Origin: the human T2T-CHM13v2.0 reference genome, Homo sapiens
Reading direction: 5' to 3' (one strand)
Assembly (NCBI RefSeq): GCF_009914755.1
Contig: NC_060934.1
Length of the DNA stretch: 64,000 nt
Shown: positions 1 through 15,963 of the stretch, in pieces
Numbering within the stretch: the stretch's first letter is position 1
Layout of the letters: every line of letters begins with the position of its first letter
Program-made: the position numbers and the translations under genes
The notes under the pieces: generated by a model
Database searches by the model: none
The model's input: the letters and a program-made list of their open reading frames with translations, nothing else
Told to the model about the DNA's origin: nothing

Positions 1-1
1 A

Positions 2-313
<312 letters not shown>

Positions 314-615
314 AAGTGAATGCCTCTAGGGCACCCAGACTCACCTTGTCCCTAACAGCAGTCTACCTCTTCTGGTACATTCTCGAGCTCTGCAAAGTTT
401 CAGATGTTGAAACTTGTTGGGGGAAGGTTCTTGAAAAATGATGAGAGGACAGAAGTTGGTGTCAGGAGGAATATCTTGGGCTCTTGGCTTACCTAAGCAT
501 GGATCATTGAGACAACACGGTCATCAAAATGTAGTTTCTCCCAGTCGTTTCCGTTTCTTTTCACTCTTGGAATTGCTTTTTTATTTCTCCTGAGCACCTT
601 TTCTTTCTTACCTAG

Positions 616-678
616 ATTGTCAGTTTGCCTTGGAAATGAAACATTATCCAAGCACAATATTGCCTGCTATGACTATAG
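616..678 (+). CDS. Candidate in-frame cassette/cryptic exon, 63 nt (adds LSVCLGNETLSKHNIACYDYR)
   Basis: Long pyrimidine tract ending ttctttcttacctag, donor TAG|gtaatg, length 63, no stop in the phase-2 CAMK1D frame; no transcript evidence available. Confidence 0.35.
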
Positions 679-1752
679 GTAATGGAAGAGACAAGCACAT
701 AGGCCTTTTACGGCTGCAGTGGTTGTTTGATTAGTTTTTTTAAAAGAAGGTTTCAGTGGATCAGTTATTGCGCATAAATTGTCGTGCCTTTTGGAAAATG
801 AATCTTATCTTTGTGTGTTTGTGTATGAGTGTGTGTTACCGTAGGGCTTGTCTTTTGTTATATCTGTGAAAGCTTTAAGGGTTGTTTATTTAAGTTGCTT
901 TTTGATTTTAGCATTTCAAATCTGTCTCATCTTGTTTTTGAAAAATGTTTCTTTCTTTTTTTTCAGTAGTGTTAATAAATCCCTTGAAATTTATTTCCAA
1001 GATGGCTTAATGATTTGAGATGATTTGGAGAACACTAGTTGAGTTGTTTGTATTCTGGCTTGTACACTTCCATTATTTTGTTGAACTCAGGGCAGCATAA
1101 AATATCAGAGCTGAAAGGTGCCAGAGAGGTTGCCCCCACAGGGCTTCTTGACCCTTGCCAACCTAGTCCCATTTTGAAAAATGTTTAAAAATGTTAAATG
1201 CAATCTGAAATGCAAAGCTAATAAAAAGGATACAGCATCACTAAAACCAAAGCAAAGTAATGAAATATAGTCTTGATTTCTTGCCTGCTTTTTCATAAAT
1301 CACAAGTGGCTTTGAGGTTCTGATCATTCCGAAGGCATGCTCCCACCCACTGTTGAAATGGGTGACTAGATTCATCCCCTAATTTTACACATAAAAACAT
1401 CAAGGTCCAGGGATTCAGGCGGTGTTCGTATCCCAGTATATTAGGAGCAGAACTTGGTCAAAAACCCACACATCCCGTTGGCAGGCCAGCGTTTTGCCCA
1501 CAACACTCTCGGTCATTTAAGGATACTGTCTCATGCAAAGGAGACATTTTATTCAGGGTCATCTTCCTGTATCCGAGGACGCTGGTATTCAGGAAGGGTT
1601 TTTTTAAACTTTACATCATCACAGCAGAACAGAGGCAGAGGCCTGGACAGAACCCAGGTGTGGCTGGTCCGTGGATCGTGTTTTTTTAAATTTCCTTTAC
1701 TTGGTTCCAGACATTTGCTCTGCTGTGACATGGAAACATTTCCTGGCTATAG

Positions 1753-2172
<420 letters not shown>

Positions 2173-2554
2173 TGAGTTGTCAGGGCCTTTGGGATCCAGA
2201 CCCAGAAGTATCTTGGAAGAAGATGAAGATTCACATGGCTGGCCACTGTTCATGAGATTTTTACAACCATTATGTAGCCAAAGGGTTACAGGGAGGTGGG
2301 TTATATATTGCTTCGAGCCTATCTAAGAGACGATTTTGCTCAAGACACGTAGGCTACAGAAACCCTCCTCCCGGTGCAGTTCCGCAGCACCTTTGCCAAT
2401 TCCAGCCCCATTGCAGCACAACACACTGTATAAAAGAAAGAGAGCAGTGGTCAGACATCATGAGAGGAAAGTGAAGGGAAACAGAAGGTAAGCAGATATA
2501 GAAGAGGGAGAAGAGAAATAGAAGGGAAAAAGACAGGTTAAAAGAGCTATGACT

Positions 2555-2886
<332 letters not shown>

Positions 2887-3433
2887 CTAATGAGGTTTTG
2901 GTATATTGACCCTTTCCCCGTTGGCACAGAAGGATCTGGGCCTTATATTGGCATATATGCCCCTCCCCAGCAGGTCTATGTAGACACTGAAGGACAGATG
3001 TCAAACACAATAGTACTGAAGGGTGGATGTCACACATATGGTACCAAAGGTAGGTATCAGACATATCAACTTGAGAAACAGTAGAAAGCAGTGCGGTTGA
3101 CCCAAAGCTGCAATGTGACCTCATTCTAGGATGTTTACAGGTCCAGCCCCCAGAGCTTACTGCACCAGTCAAGACAAAAATTCCACCCCAGCACACATAC
3201 CCACCACTCATTATAAACACGAGGATCATATCATCTTGAAGCTGTGCTGTACACAACTGTGGGAAATCAAAATCAATTTAAAGAACCAGTCATAAACATT
3301 TGTATAAACAGAGTTTCCACACCTGGCTATTATCTGCTACTGGGTATTAAGGAATAAAGTGGTGTAGCTTTTTCTTTCATAAAGACTCACTACCATGGTT
3401 TTTCTGCATGTTGTCATGTTCCATTGACCCAGG

Positions 3434-3615
3434 CAGTGATTCCCGAATGTTCGCCCATATCAGAATTGTCTGGAGGGCTATGAAAATAGAGACTGCTGCC
3501 CCATCCCCAGTGGTCTGATTCTGTAGGTCTCCGGTGGGGGCTGAAAACTTGCATTTCTAACAGGTCTGCCCGTGATGAGGATGCTGGTCTGGGAACTGCT
3601 CTTGGAAAACCACTG
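3434..3615 (-). mobile_element. MER5A-like hAT-Charlie MITE
   Basis: cagtgattc...aaaaccactg inverted termini; internal gcatttctaacag typical of MER5A. Confidence 0.75.
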
Positions 3616-4461
3616 GGCGAGGATATTTGGGAATCTTAGTGGATCCCTTTGAGCCTTCATCCTCTGCAGGCTTCTTGACATCTGAAATGGCTGTGGGCGT
3701 GGTCAGCTCATGTTCGGGGCCTGGAGATACTTCAGAGGGCTAGGTAGGGGCTAGCTCAGCCGACCTGGCACCTCTGCCAGGCCTCCGGGCCTTCTCTGCT
3801 CTCTTGTGCCCCCACAAATGCCAGTTCTGTGCTTCCAGAACACATAGGCAGCTCTCTCTGAACACGTTCGTGTGGTGACCACAGGGATGCACTGTGATGG
3901 GCTAGCTGTCTGTACTTATTAGAAAAATAATTTCTAAGCAAATAAGGCATATCCAGGAGGGGCAGTGTTTATCTCTCCCTTGGAAAGGCTGATTGGCTGT
4001 ATGGGAGATAATGTTTTTAATTAACCTACGTAATGCTTTTGGAGGAATCTTTGCAGCTTCCATCCTGTGGAGCCTTAAGATCACCGGGCCTGTCGTTACG
4101 TAAAGAACACTGCCATTTTAGGACCTTTCTGTGATCTCTTTTCAGAGGCACAAAGGAGTTTGATCTATGAGGAGGAAGTTGAAATTGGACTACTAAATTT
4201 GCGTAAACAGCTAAGAAAATTAAAGTTAAAACAACCTATATAACCAAGCCCAGAGCAATAGAGAGAGGATGATCGTGTTAATTTAAGCTTAGTGCAGCAA
4301 TCGGAATACTGCCCCAGCCTACCTGCAAATGTACCTCCTTCTCTTCGTAGAAAGCTATGCGATGTCTTGTTGCCCTGAAAAGCTATTAGAGACAGTTGCT
4401 CTTTTTGCAAAATGAAGTGACTGAGACTGGAAGTGCCTGGTCCTGCCTCAGTGGATTAGGA

Positions 4462-4649
4462 TTGGGTTTCTCAGCCCCTGCACCATTGGCATTCAGCCCT
4501 GGGCACTGTGGGATTTAGAGCAGCATCCTTGGCTTCTGCCCATGGATACGAGTACTACGTCTGGAATTGTTAACAGCTACAAATGTCCCTAGGCATTGCC
4601 AGATATCCATCCGCTGGGGGGCAAAATTGCCCCTAGTTGAGAATCACTG
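4462..4649 (-). mobile_element. MER20-like hAT MITE
   Basis: ggggggcaaaattgcccctagttgagaatcactg terminus. Confidence 0.75.
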
Positions 4650-5034
4650 GAGTAGGAATGTGATTATGGATAACATTAACGTTACCAGAAGTGTGTTGAT
4701 TCCGATCTTATTAAAGCTTATTATGTGGATTATTATAAAGTGTTGGGGTTGATATTCCAACTCAGGTATTGGCCACCAGTTGTCTTGCAAAGATGCCATA
4801 ATATGCCGAAAACTTAATTTTTCCAGTGAGTCCCGGACCTCTTTGGACACCAGGAGGAATTGTGATGCAATGTGGGCCAGACCCTCTCCCTGTGGCCCCC
4901 ACCCCCACAGCCCTCCTGTTGGGATCGGGGATGGGGCCTCCCACCCAGATGATACCTGAGCCTGCCTCTCCCCCACCGTCTTCCCTCCTCCCCCAGGAAA
5001 AGCCCTGCTGTCCTTACAAGTCTTGGGCCAATTA

Positions 5035-5361
<327 letters not shown>

Positions 5362-5771
5362 CTAAACTGTGAATGACCAGTTGATTTAACCCTCCTTGGG
5401 CGTAACTGGTCTTCAAAACAGCATTTTATTGACCCAGATGAATCTTTTCTAGGAGGGATGTGCGGATGCTCTGGGCCCTTTGGCCACCCCTTGCCAGGAT
5501 TATGCCTTGTTTAGCAGTGTGAAATCACTTATTCTCCTCTCCTTATCACCTCCTGGGACAAGGAAGATAAAAAATCAGAAACAACAGCATTGTCCTCTCT
5601 CTGCACCCATGATTGGATCCTTATTGTTTAGTGAAGGATAATCCCTAAACTTCCAGAGAAAACATGAACCATGTGGTCTTTATGATTCGAGCATTCCCGC
5701 CCCTTTTCTAAGCTTGACAGCATTCTTGTTTCAACTGATTGGCGACTTTACTTTCTTTTAAAACTCACTGG

Positions 5772-6062
<291 letters not shown>

Positions 6063-6570
6063 TCATTGGAAGCATCCTTCAGTGCACAGTTGATTTTCTT
6101 CTAATCTCCTGCTTCATCCACAAAATTAATGTCACAGTGACTCTTAACTGCCATCCCTTTCTGTGTTGTTACTTGAGGTGAAGGATAGTATTTATTCTTT
6201 AGTTTCTATTAAAGAACAGAATTATTTTGACACTACTTGACATGATAAGGAAGGCTTTATTCAAGACCGTTGCAATGCCATTGAGCTCAACTTGGAATAC
6301 AGCTAGACGAGTAGGGATTTATAGCCAAAGAAGAGAGGGGAGGGGGTAGTGGATGGGAAATTAGGGGGATTTTTGCTAACCTGACCTGGCAGGATTCCTG
6401 CTAAAGGCAGGCTAAGGACTTAGACATTGACAAAGGCCCCTTTGAGTCCTCTTTCTGATTAGACCCTGCTCTCTGGCTGTCCAGTAGGTCCAGTTTTTAG
6501 CAAGAATCCTGCTGAATCAGTTGAGCTGAAATCTTCCACCCGCGTGATCTCATCAGATCCCTAATGCCTT

Positions 6571-7656
<1,086 letters not shown>

Positions 7657-8130
7657 CCCCAATCTCAATGCCGAATTACCTTGGCCTGGCTTCAGCAGGA
7701 GTCCTGTCAGTGGGGGTGGGGTGGGTGAAGAACTTGATCAGATACCCGTGGTGGGGGGATTCTCCAACGTAGCAGACCGGCTAAGACAGGGCTGCGCAGG
7801 CCTGGCAGGGGTGGGATAGACAAGGCCAAGGTCAAGGCCTAGGAGAGCAGGGGAGTCAGAGGAACCTGCCTCAAGTTTGGTCAAGGAGGGAGTCTTGGTG
7901 AGTTCTGAAAATTTCTTCACTGCGATGTTGACACATCAGAATGCTGCTTGTGGAGCTCTGAAATCCAGAGCCCTGGGCCCCATCTCAGACCCGCTGAAGG
8001 GCAAGATCTCTGGCCAGTGAATACCCTCACAGGTGCCTCTGCTGCACAACAGGCCGAGGACCACTTTTCTAAACAAGTCTGCTCACTCTTGTGAACCCAA
8101 AAATACCTGAGACAGGTCTCAGTCAATTTA

Positions 8131-8434
<304 letters not shown>

Positions 8435-8825
8435 CAGGTCTCAGTCAATTTAGAAAGTTTATTTTGCCAAGGTCAAGAATGTGCCCATGACACAGCCTCA
8501 AGAGATCCTGATGACATGTGCCCAAGGTGGTCAGGGCACAGCTTGGTTTTATACGTTGTAGGGAGACATGAGACATCAATCAGTATGTGTAAGATGTACA
8601 TTGGCTAGGTGTGAAAAGGCGGCACAACTCAAAGCAGAGGCTTCCAGGTCTTAGGTAGATAAGAGACAAAGAGTTGCTTTCTTTTGAGTCTCTGATCAGT
8701 TCTTCACTGAATACACAATTTACAGGAATAGTCACTCACGCTTTAGTCTGGCTCAGTGAAACAATAAGGCAGAGGAAGCAATCAGGTATGTATTTGTCTC
8801 CCGTGAGCAGAGGGAGGACTTTGAG

Positions 8826-9186
<361 letters not shown>

Positions 9187-10631
9187 TGAGGGAGGAATGT
9201 GGCTTTTTTATCTTTGTAGCTATGTTATTTAGGAATAAAATGGGAGGCAGGATTGCGTAGTTCCCAGCTTGACTTTTCCCTCCGGCTTAGTGATTTTGGG
9301 GTCCTGAGATTTATTTTCCTTTCACACTCTACATAAGAATAGTTTCTAAAGTCTGAAACCCAAGGTTCACCACAAACCCCTGAGGAGAGAGAATGTGGCT
9401 GTCCCCGCTGGGGCGGGGGAGGAGAGCTGGATGGGAAATGCTGTGGGAAAGTGCCTTTCCCATGTCAGATTCTTCGTGCTGCGCTCCCTTTAAGGTTTGG
9501 TGTAAATGACAGAAACGATTCCTCATTCATTGGGTGAGGATTATCCTGGAGGGTGGACATTCCTGGACAACAGCAGAGATGACAGTCCTTGACATCGTCT
9601 CCCCCCGTGATAAATCGTCACCATGATGATGAATCCAGGAGTCATCAAGTCCAGCAGCTCTTCAGAAAAAAAAAAAAAATGCAGGCTCCTCTTTGTGTTC
9701 AAGGCCCACGCAGCAGTGCAAGGACAAGTCCAAGGCTGTAGCTTCTCAGCCTCCATAAGACCCACCCCTGCTTCCTTGCTAGGAACAATGAGATTCCCCA
9801 ATTCTACATAAAACACGATGCAAATGATACTTCACTGGTTCCCATGCCAACCCCAGGACTGCTACTCTCAGCCCCTCCTGTATGTTGCAGAACTGTAGTG
9901 AAGACAGGAACACGGGGGCCATAAGAAATGGAAGAAGGCCTTTGCTGTGCATTCCTGCTGCCCAAGCACTGTTCAGAGGAACAGACAAAGGATGAAATCA
10001 ACCCATGCTTCACAGAAAGGCAAACAGAAGTGCGGACCCCTTAAGGGTACATGGCTGGAAGTGCTGCGTCTTCCAATTCCAGATTCATTTATTCCGGGAT
10101 GGCATCCCTCTGCTTTCCTGGCAGGGGAGCGAGCACGGGTCAGCTGGCCTTCATGAAGGGTGCAGTGCAGCACATCTCCCAGAACTGCAGGGCAGCAGGG
10201 CGTGTTGCTGAGGGCAGAAACAGAGACCCTTGGATTCAAGAAAAATCACTCATAAAAAGGAGCAGAGAAGCACCTGCAAGAGTTACTTCATTTCCTGGAA
10301 TCTCCCTTCCCTAACCCCAGACGTAAATCCACAAGTCTGCAAAGCAATCGGCTTTCTAGATTGCCTCAGAATATGGTGAGTTTTTTAAAGTAGACAAAAT
10401 ATTAGTAAAGGAAAGAGACTAACGTTGATTGAAAGCCTGTGTGTGCCAGACACACTGTGCCGGGCGCTCTGCACTGTTTCTATTGGCCGCCGCTTTAGTT
10501 GATGCATCTACTGTGTCCAAAGGTCAAGGACGTCCTGACGTTGTGAATAGGTTTTGCAGCTGAATGAGTCTTCCACAATTAACCCAGCTTTACACGTAGT
10601 TTGTAATGTTTTTTTCTTATTTTCTTTCTAG

Positions 10632-10904
<273 letters not shown>

Positions 10905-11857
10905 TAAAAAGATTGAGGGACACTGGAATGAATAATTCATAGCAGGGAAGTGATTTCCCCTGAAAACTTTTGCACAGTTGGGTAGAAATCCCATTTGATT
11001 TGGTTGTGGGCCTGACTGGAGGCTGGGAGTTAATTTGGATGAATCCCAGGTTCCATTTCCAGAGATACTGCATACATCTGTTTCTGAGGGATTTACAATG
11101 AGACACTGAGATAACAGTAAGGTGCACACACAAGAAAACTTTTTATTCCAATTACTGAGATAGGAACATTGATGGAGGAACCTGGTTCAGACCTTGACCA
11201 AGTCACTCTCATCAATCAGTTAACCCTGATCTGTACTGCGATGCTAGGCATTCAAGTTTTTCCTTAAATCACAACCCCCAATTCTTTGTACTAAACATCC
11301 AAAATGCAGAGGAAACTACTGACGGATCTGAACACTTGGATTCTGATGTTCATCTTTTGACTTCCGGGGTCCTGGAGAAACACCATTAGAATACTTGTGA
11401 TTGTTCTGAGACCTTCATTGACATCAGCGTATTCATGCATTCCTTCATTCATTCAGCAAATGTATGTAAAGTTGCTACTATGTACCTGATGCTGTACCAG
11501 GCACTGGGGTTAAGGCAGTGAATGACACAGACACGGTGCCTGCCCTCATGGAGCTTACATTTTAGTTGGAACAAGTAAGCAAACAGGGTCATTTCAGATC
11601 TTGAGTACTATGAAGAAACTAAACCTGGGGGCCTGCCATGGAGTGACAAGGAATCAGGACTGGGCTGAGAGGACAGGGAGGAGACTTGGGCCTTGGTCTC
11701 AGTGGCAAGAAGAAGCCAGCCATGTGGGAGTTACAGGACAGCATCCCAGGAAGAGTAACCAGTTTGTGCGAAAGCCTGAAGGCTGGGAGAGGGTACGAGC
11801 TAGGGATGTCTGAGAGCAAGAAAAAAGATGAGGTTGGAAAAGAGTTATGGAAAATGA

Positions 11858-12185
<328 letters not shown>

Positions 12186-12463
12186 AGTGAGGCTAAGTTC
12201 TTGTCATGCGAAGTGCGGTGACCTTTCTTCATGAGAATAGCCATTGAGCCCACCTGAGAGAGGAGGTATGTTATGTGACCAGCATCACCCTGTGGGTCTT
12301 TGGGGACATCCACAGAACCTTCCCAGGCAGGCTGAGGAGAGCCGGCCTCAAACTAAAGGAGATACAAGGGGTATTGTGGGAAACTCCAGATGACCTTGGG
12401 GCCACTTTGTGGCCTTTCAGGTCCTTGCATATAATTACAGAGCCATGTCAAGCTCAAGTGTCA

Positions 12464-13031
<568 letters not shown>

Positions 13032-14242
13032 TCAACAACATAGTAGTCGATCATCTCTTCTAAGATAGCGTGATAACGGTTGCAGGAATAGCATGGTCCC
13101 TGCCTGGGGGACATGTGCCTGGGGTGGTGACGGGAGGAAAGAGTGTGTGTGGTATATTCATGGAATTTCTCCAGCTCGATCTGAGCCATCAGGGAAGCCG
13201 TGAATACATGAGACGAGACAAGCTGAGTGGGGAGAGCCTGTTCCAACTATCGGGAATCCCAGACATTAGAAAATGAAAAGGTCTGTTAGGTCATGATGCT
13301 GGTTCTCTTTTCAGCAGTCTCCCCAGGCTGAGAAGGTGCTGATACTGTGGCCTGCCCATCTCTTCCCTTCAGGAAGTTGACCCTTGGGCTGTGATTTAAA
13401 TGCTCTGACAACCAGTGACGGCCCCTAGCTACGTACGCATCACGTGCTTCTCATGTTTGGCTGGAAAGCTCCAGCACTTTCTAAATTGAGTTTTACTGCT
13501 CTGTGTTTTGGCAAAGCCCACGGAATGGCAGTTTTTCTGGTTTCTAAGTGGCTGCCATCTGCGGGGTCTGAGTCTGTTGATTGCTGTGTCTGGCACTGAC
13601 GTGTCGGGAATGGTGTTGAGAAGAGTCCATCGCTCTTGCTACTCTAAATGGCAGCCAGTGGGAGCCATTGGGTAATGGTGTTGTGAGATACCAGGTTGTC
13701 CTGGAGGAGGCTGGGGGAGAGGAGGACTGTAGCAGTGGCGTTCTTCTATTGGTTTGTGTTGACTGAGCGCTGAAACTCCACCAAGAGTGCCCCTCTGGAG
13801 TGAGTCGTGTGGAGGGGACACAACTTCAGAGTAGGGAAGGGGCTGCTTTGAAGAGCTTGTATCTAGAGGACATCCCTTAGGCAGTTATCAGCTGAGCTTG
13901 GGCTGTTTCCTCCCTTGCAGTCTGCATGGCAAGCTCCTATTCAGCCACCAAAGCCCAATTTAAATGTTACCTCCTTTGACTGCTTTCCTGTCACCTTGTC
14001 CTCTCCTTTGACATCCTGGTTCTTTCTATGACGCTTTCCTTGTCATGGTGTGATCACATTGCATTAGGGTTCGTATCAATCTGTGTCTCTCACTGCACTG
14101 TGAGTCTCATGAAATCTTTGTGCAGACACTTACTGAATTTAGTAAAAACACACAGATCATGAATCTTAGCCATGTTTTCTTTCTCTCTTCCCCTTCCATT
14201 CACTCAGCATGCATTTATTGAGTTCCTGCTGTGTACTCTGTG

Positions 14243-14539
14243 CAGTCGTCCCATGGTATCCACAGGGGCTGGGTTCCAAGATACTTCACCCTCTGCAGAT
14301 ACTAGCATCCTCAGATGGTCGAGTTCCTGATATGAAATGGCATAGTATTTGCATATAACCTAGGCGTGGCCTCTGTGTACTGTCCTTGCTAGATTGCTTA
14401 CAATACCTGATGCAATGTAAATGCTGTGGAAATAGTTGTCATAGGTATTGTTTTTATTTGTATTATTTGTATTGTTTTTTCAAATATTTTTGATCTGTGG
14501 ATCCGCATATTTTGAATCCATGGATACAAGGGCCAAGTG
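14243..14539 (+). mobile_element. MER2 (TcMar-Tigger) MITE
   Basis: cagtcgtccc...tatcc and ggatacaagggccaagtg inverted termini; internal gtatttgcatataaccta. Confidence 0.75.
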
Positions 14540-14569
14540 TACAATGTTTGGTTTGAGAATACAAATATG

Positions 14570-14937
<368 letters not shown>

Positions 14938-15571
14938 TCAGCTTAATGTATGCTAAGGGCTACATCATTCAGCCCTTGAAGAATTATTTATTTATTGCCT
15001 ACCTTCTGTTCTGGGCACTGGTGCGGGGGGAGGGGGGCGGGTACATCAATAGAAATAGAAGAATAAAACATAAAAATCCCCTCCCTAGTGGCACTTACAT
15101 CTGAGTGAGAGAGACATAGGCTATAAAGCAAATATTGATAGCTAAGTTCATTCGTGTGTTAGGTGGCCTTAAGTACTATGGAGAAAAATGAAGCAGAAAA
15201 GATGATAAGAAGTTTGTGTGTTCAGAGGGTGGTGGCAATTTTAACTACAGTGTGCAGGCAGCCCTCACTAAGAGGGTGGCCGTGGTAAAGATTTGATAGG
15301 AGCGAGAGAACCGACCATGCAGGTATCTGGAGGGCATTCCAGGCCCAGTGCAGAGGCCTGAAGGCAGGAGAATGTGGGCAAGCAGCAGGGAGCAGGGGAA
15401 GCAGGAAGGAGAGGAATAGGAGAGACAGTCGGAGAAGTCCTGAGCAGGGGTATGTGGACCAGGACTTGGAAATCGTCGTATAGACTTTAGCTTCTACTCG
15501 GTGATAGGATGCCGTGGGATGCTTCTGTGTTAAGGCAGTGACATATTGTTTTTAACAGCTTCCCTCTAGGA

Positions 15572-15905
15572 CAGGGGTTCCTAACCCCTGGGCCTTGGAC
15601 TGATACTGATTCGGGGCCTGTTAGGAAGCGAGCTGCACAGCAGGAAGTGAGAGGCAGGCTGGTGGGCATTCCTGCCTGAGCTCCGCCTCCTGTCAGATCA
15701 GCAGCAGTAGATTCTCATGGGAGCTTGAACCCCGTTGTGATCTGTGCCCGCAAGAGATTTAGGTTGCGCGCTCCTTTTGAGACTCTAATAATGCTTGATG
15801 ATCTGAGGTGGAACAGTTTCATCCTGAAACCATCCCCAATACCGTATCCTTGAAACAATTGTCTTCCGTGAAACGGGTTCTTTGTGCCAAAATTGGGGAT
15901 CGCTG
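15572..15905 (+). mobile_element. MER1B hAT-Charlie MITE inserted in L2
   Basis: caggggttcctaac...ttggggatcgctg termini flanked by perfect 8-bp TSD ctctagga (15564-15571, 15906-15913). Confidence 0.85.
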
Positions 15906-15963
15906 CTCTAGGACACGAGCTGGGATCAGGATAGATGGTGGGGGTAGGGTGGAGGAAGGAGAT

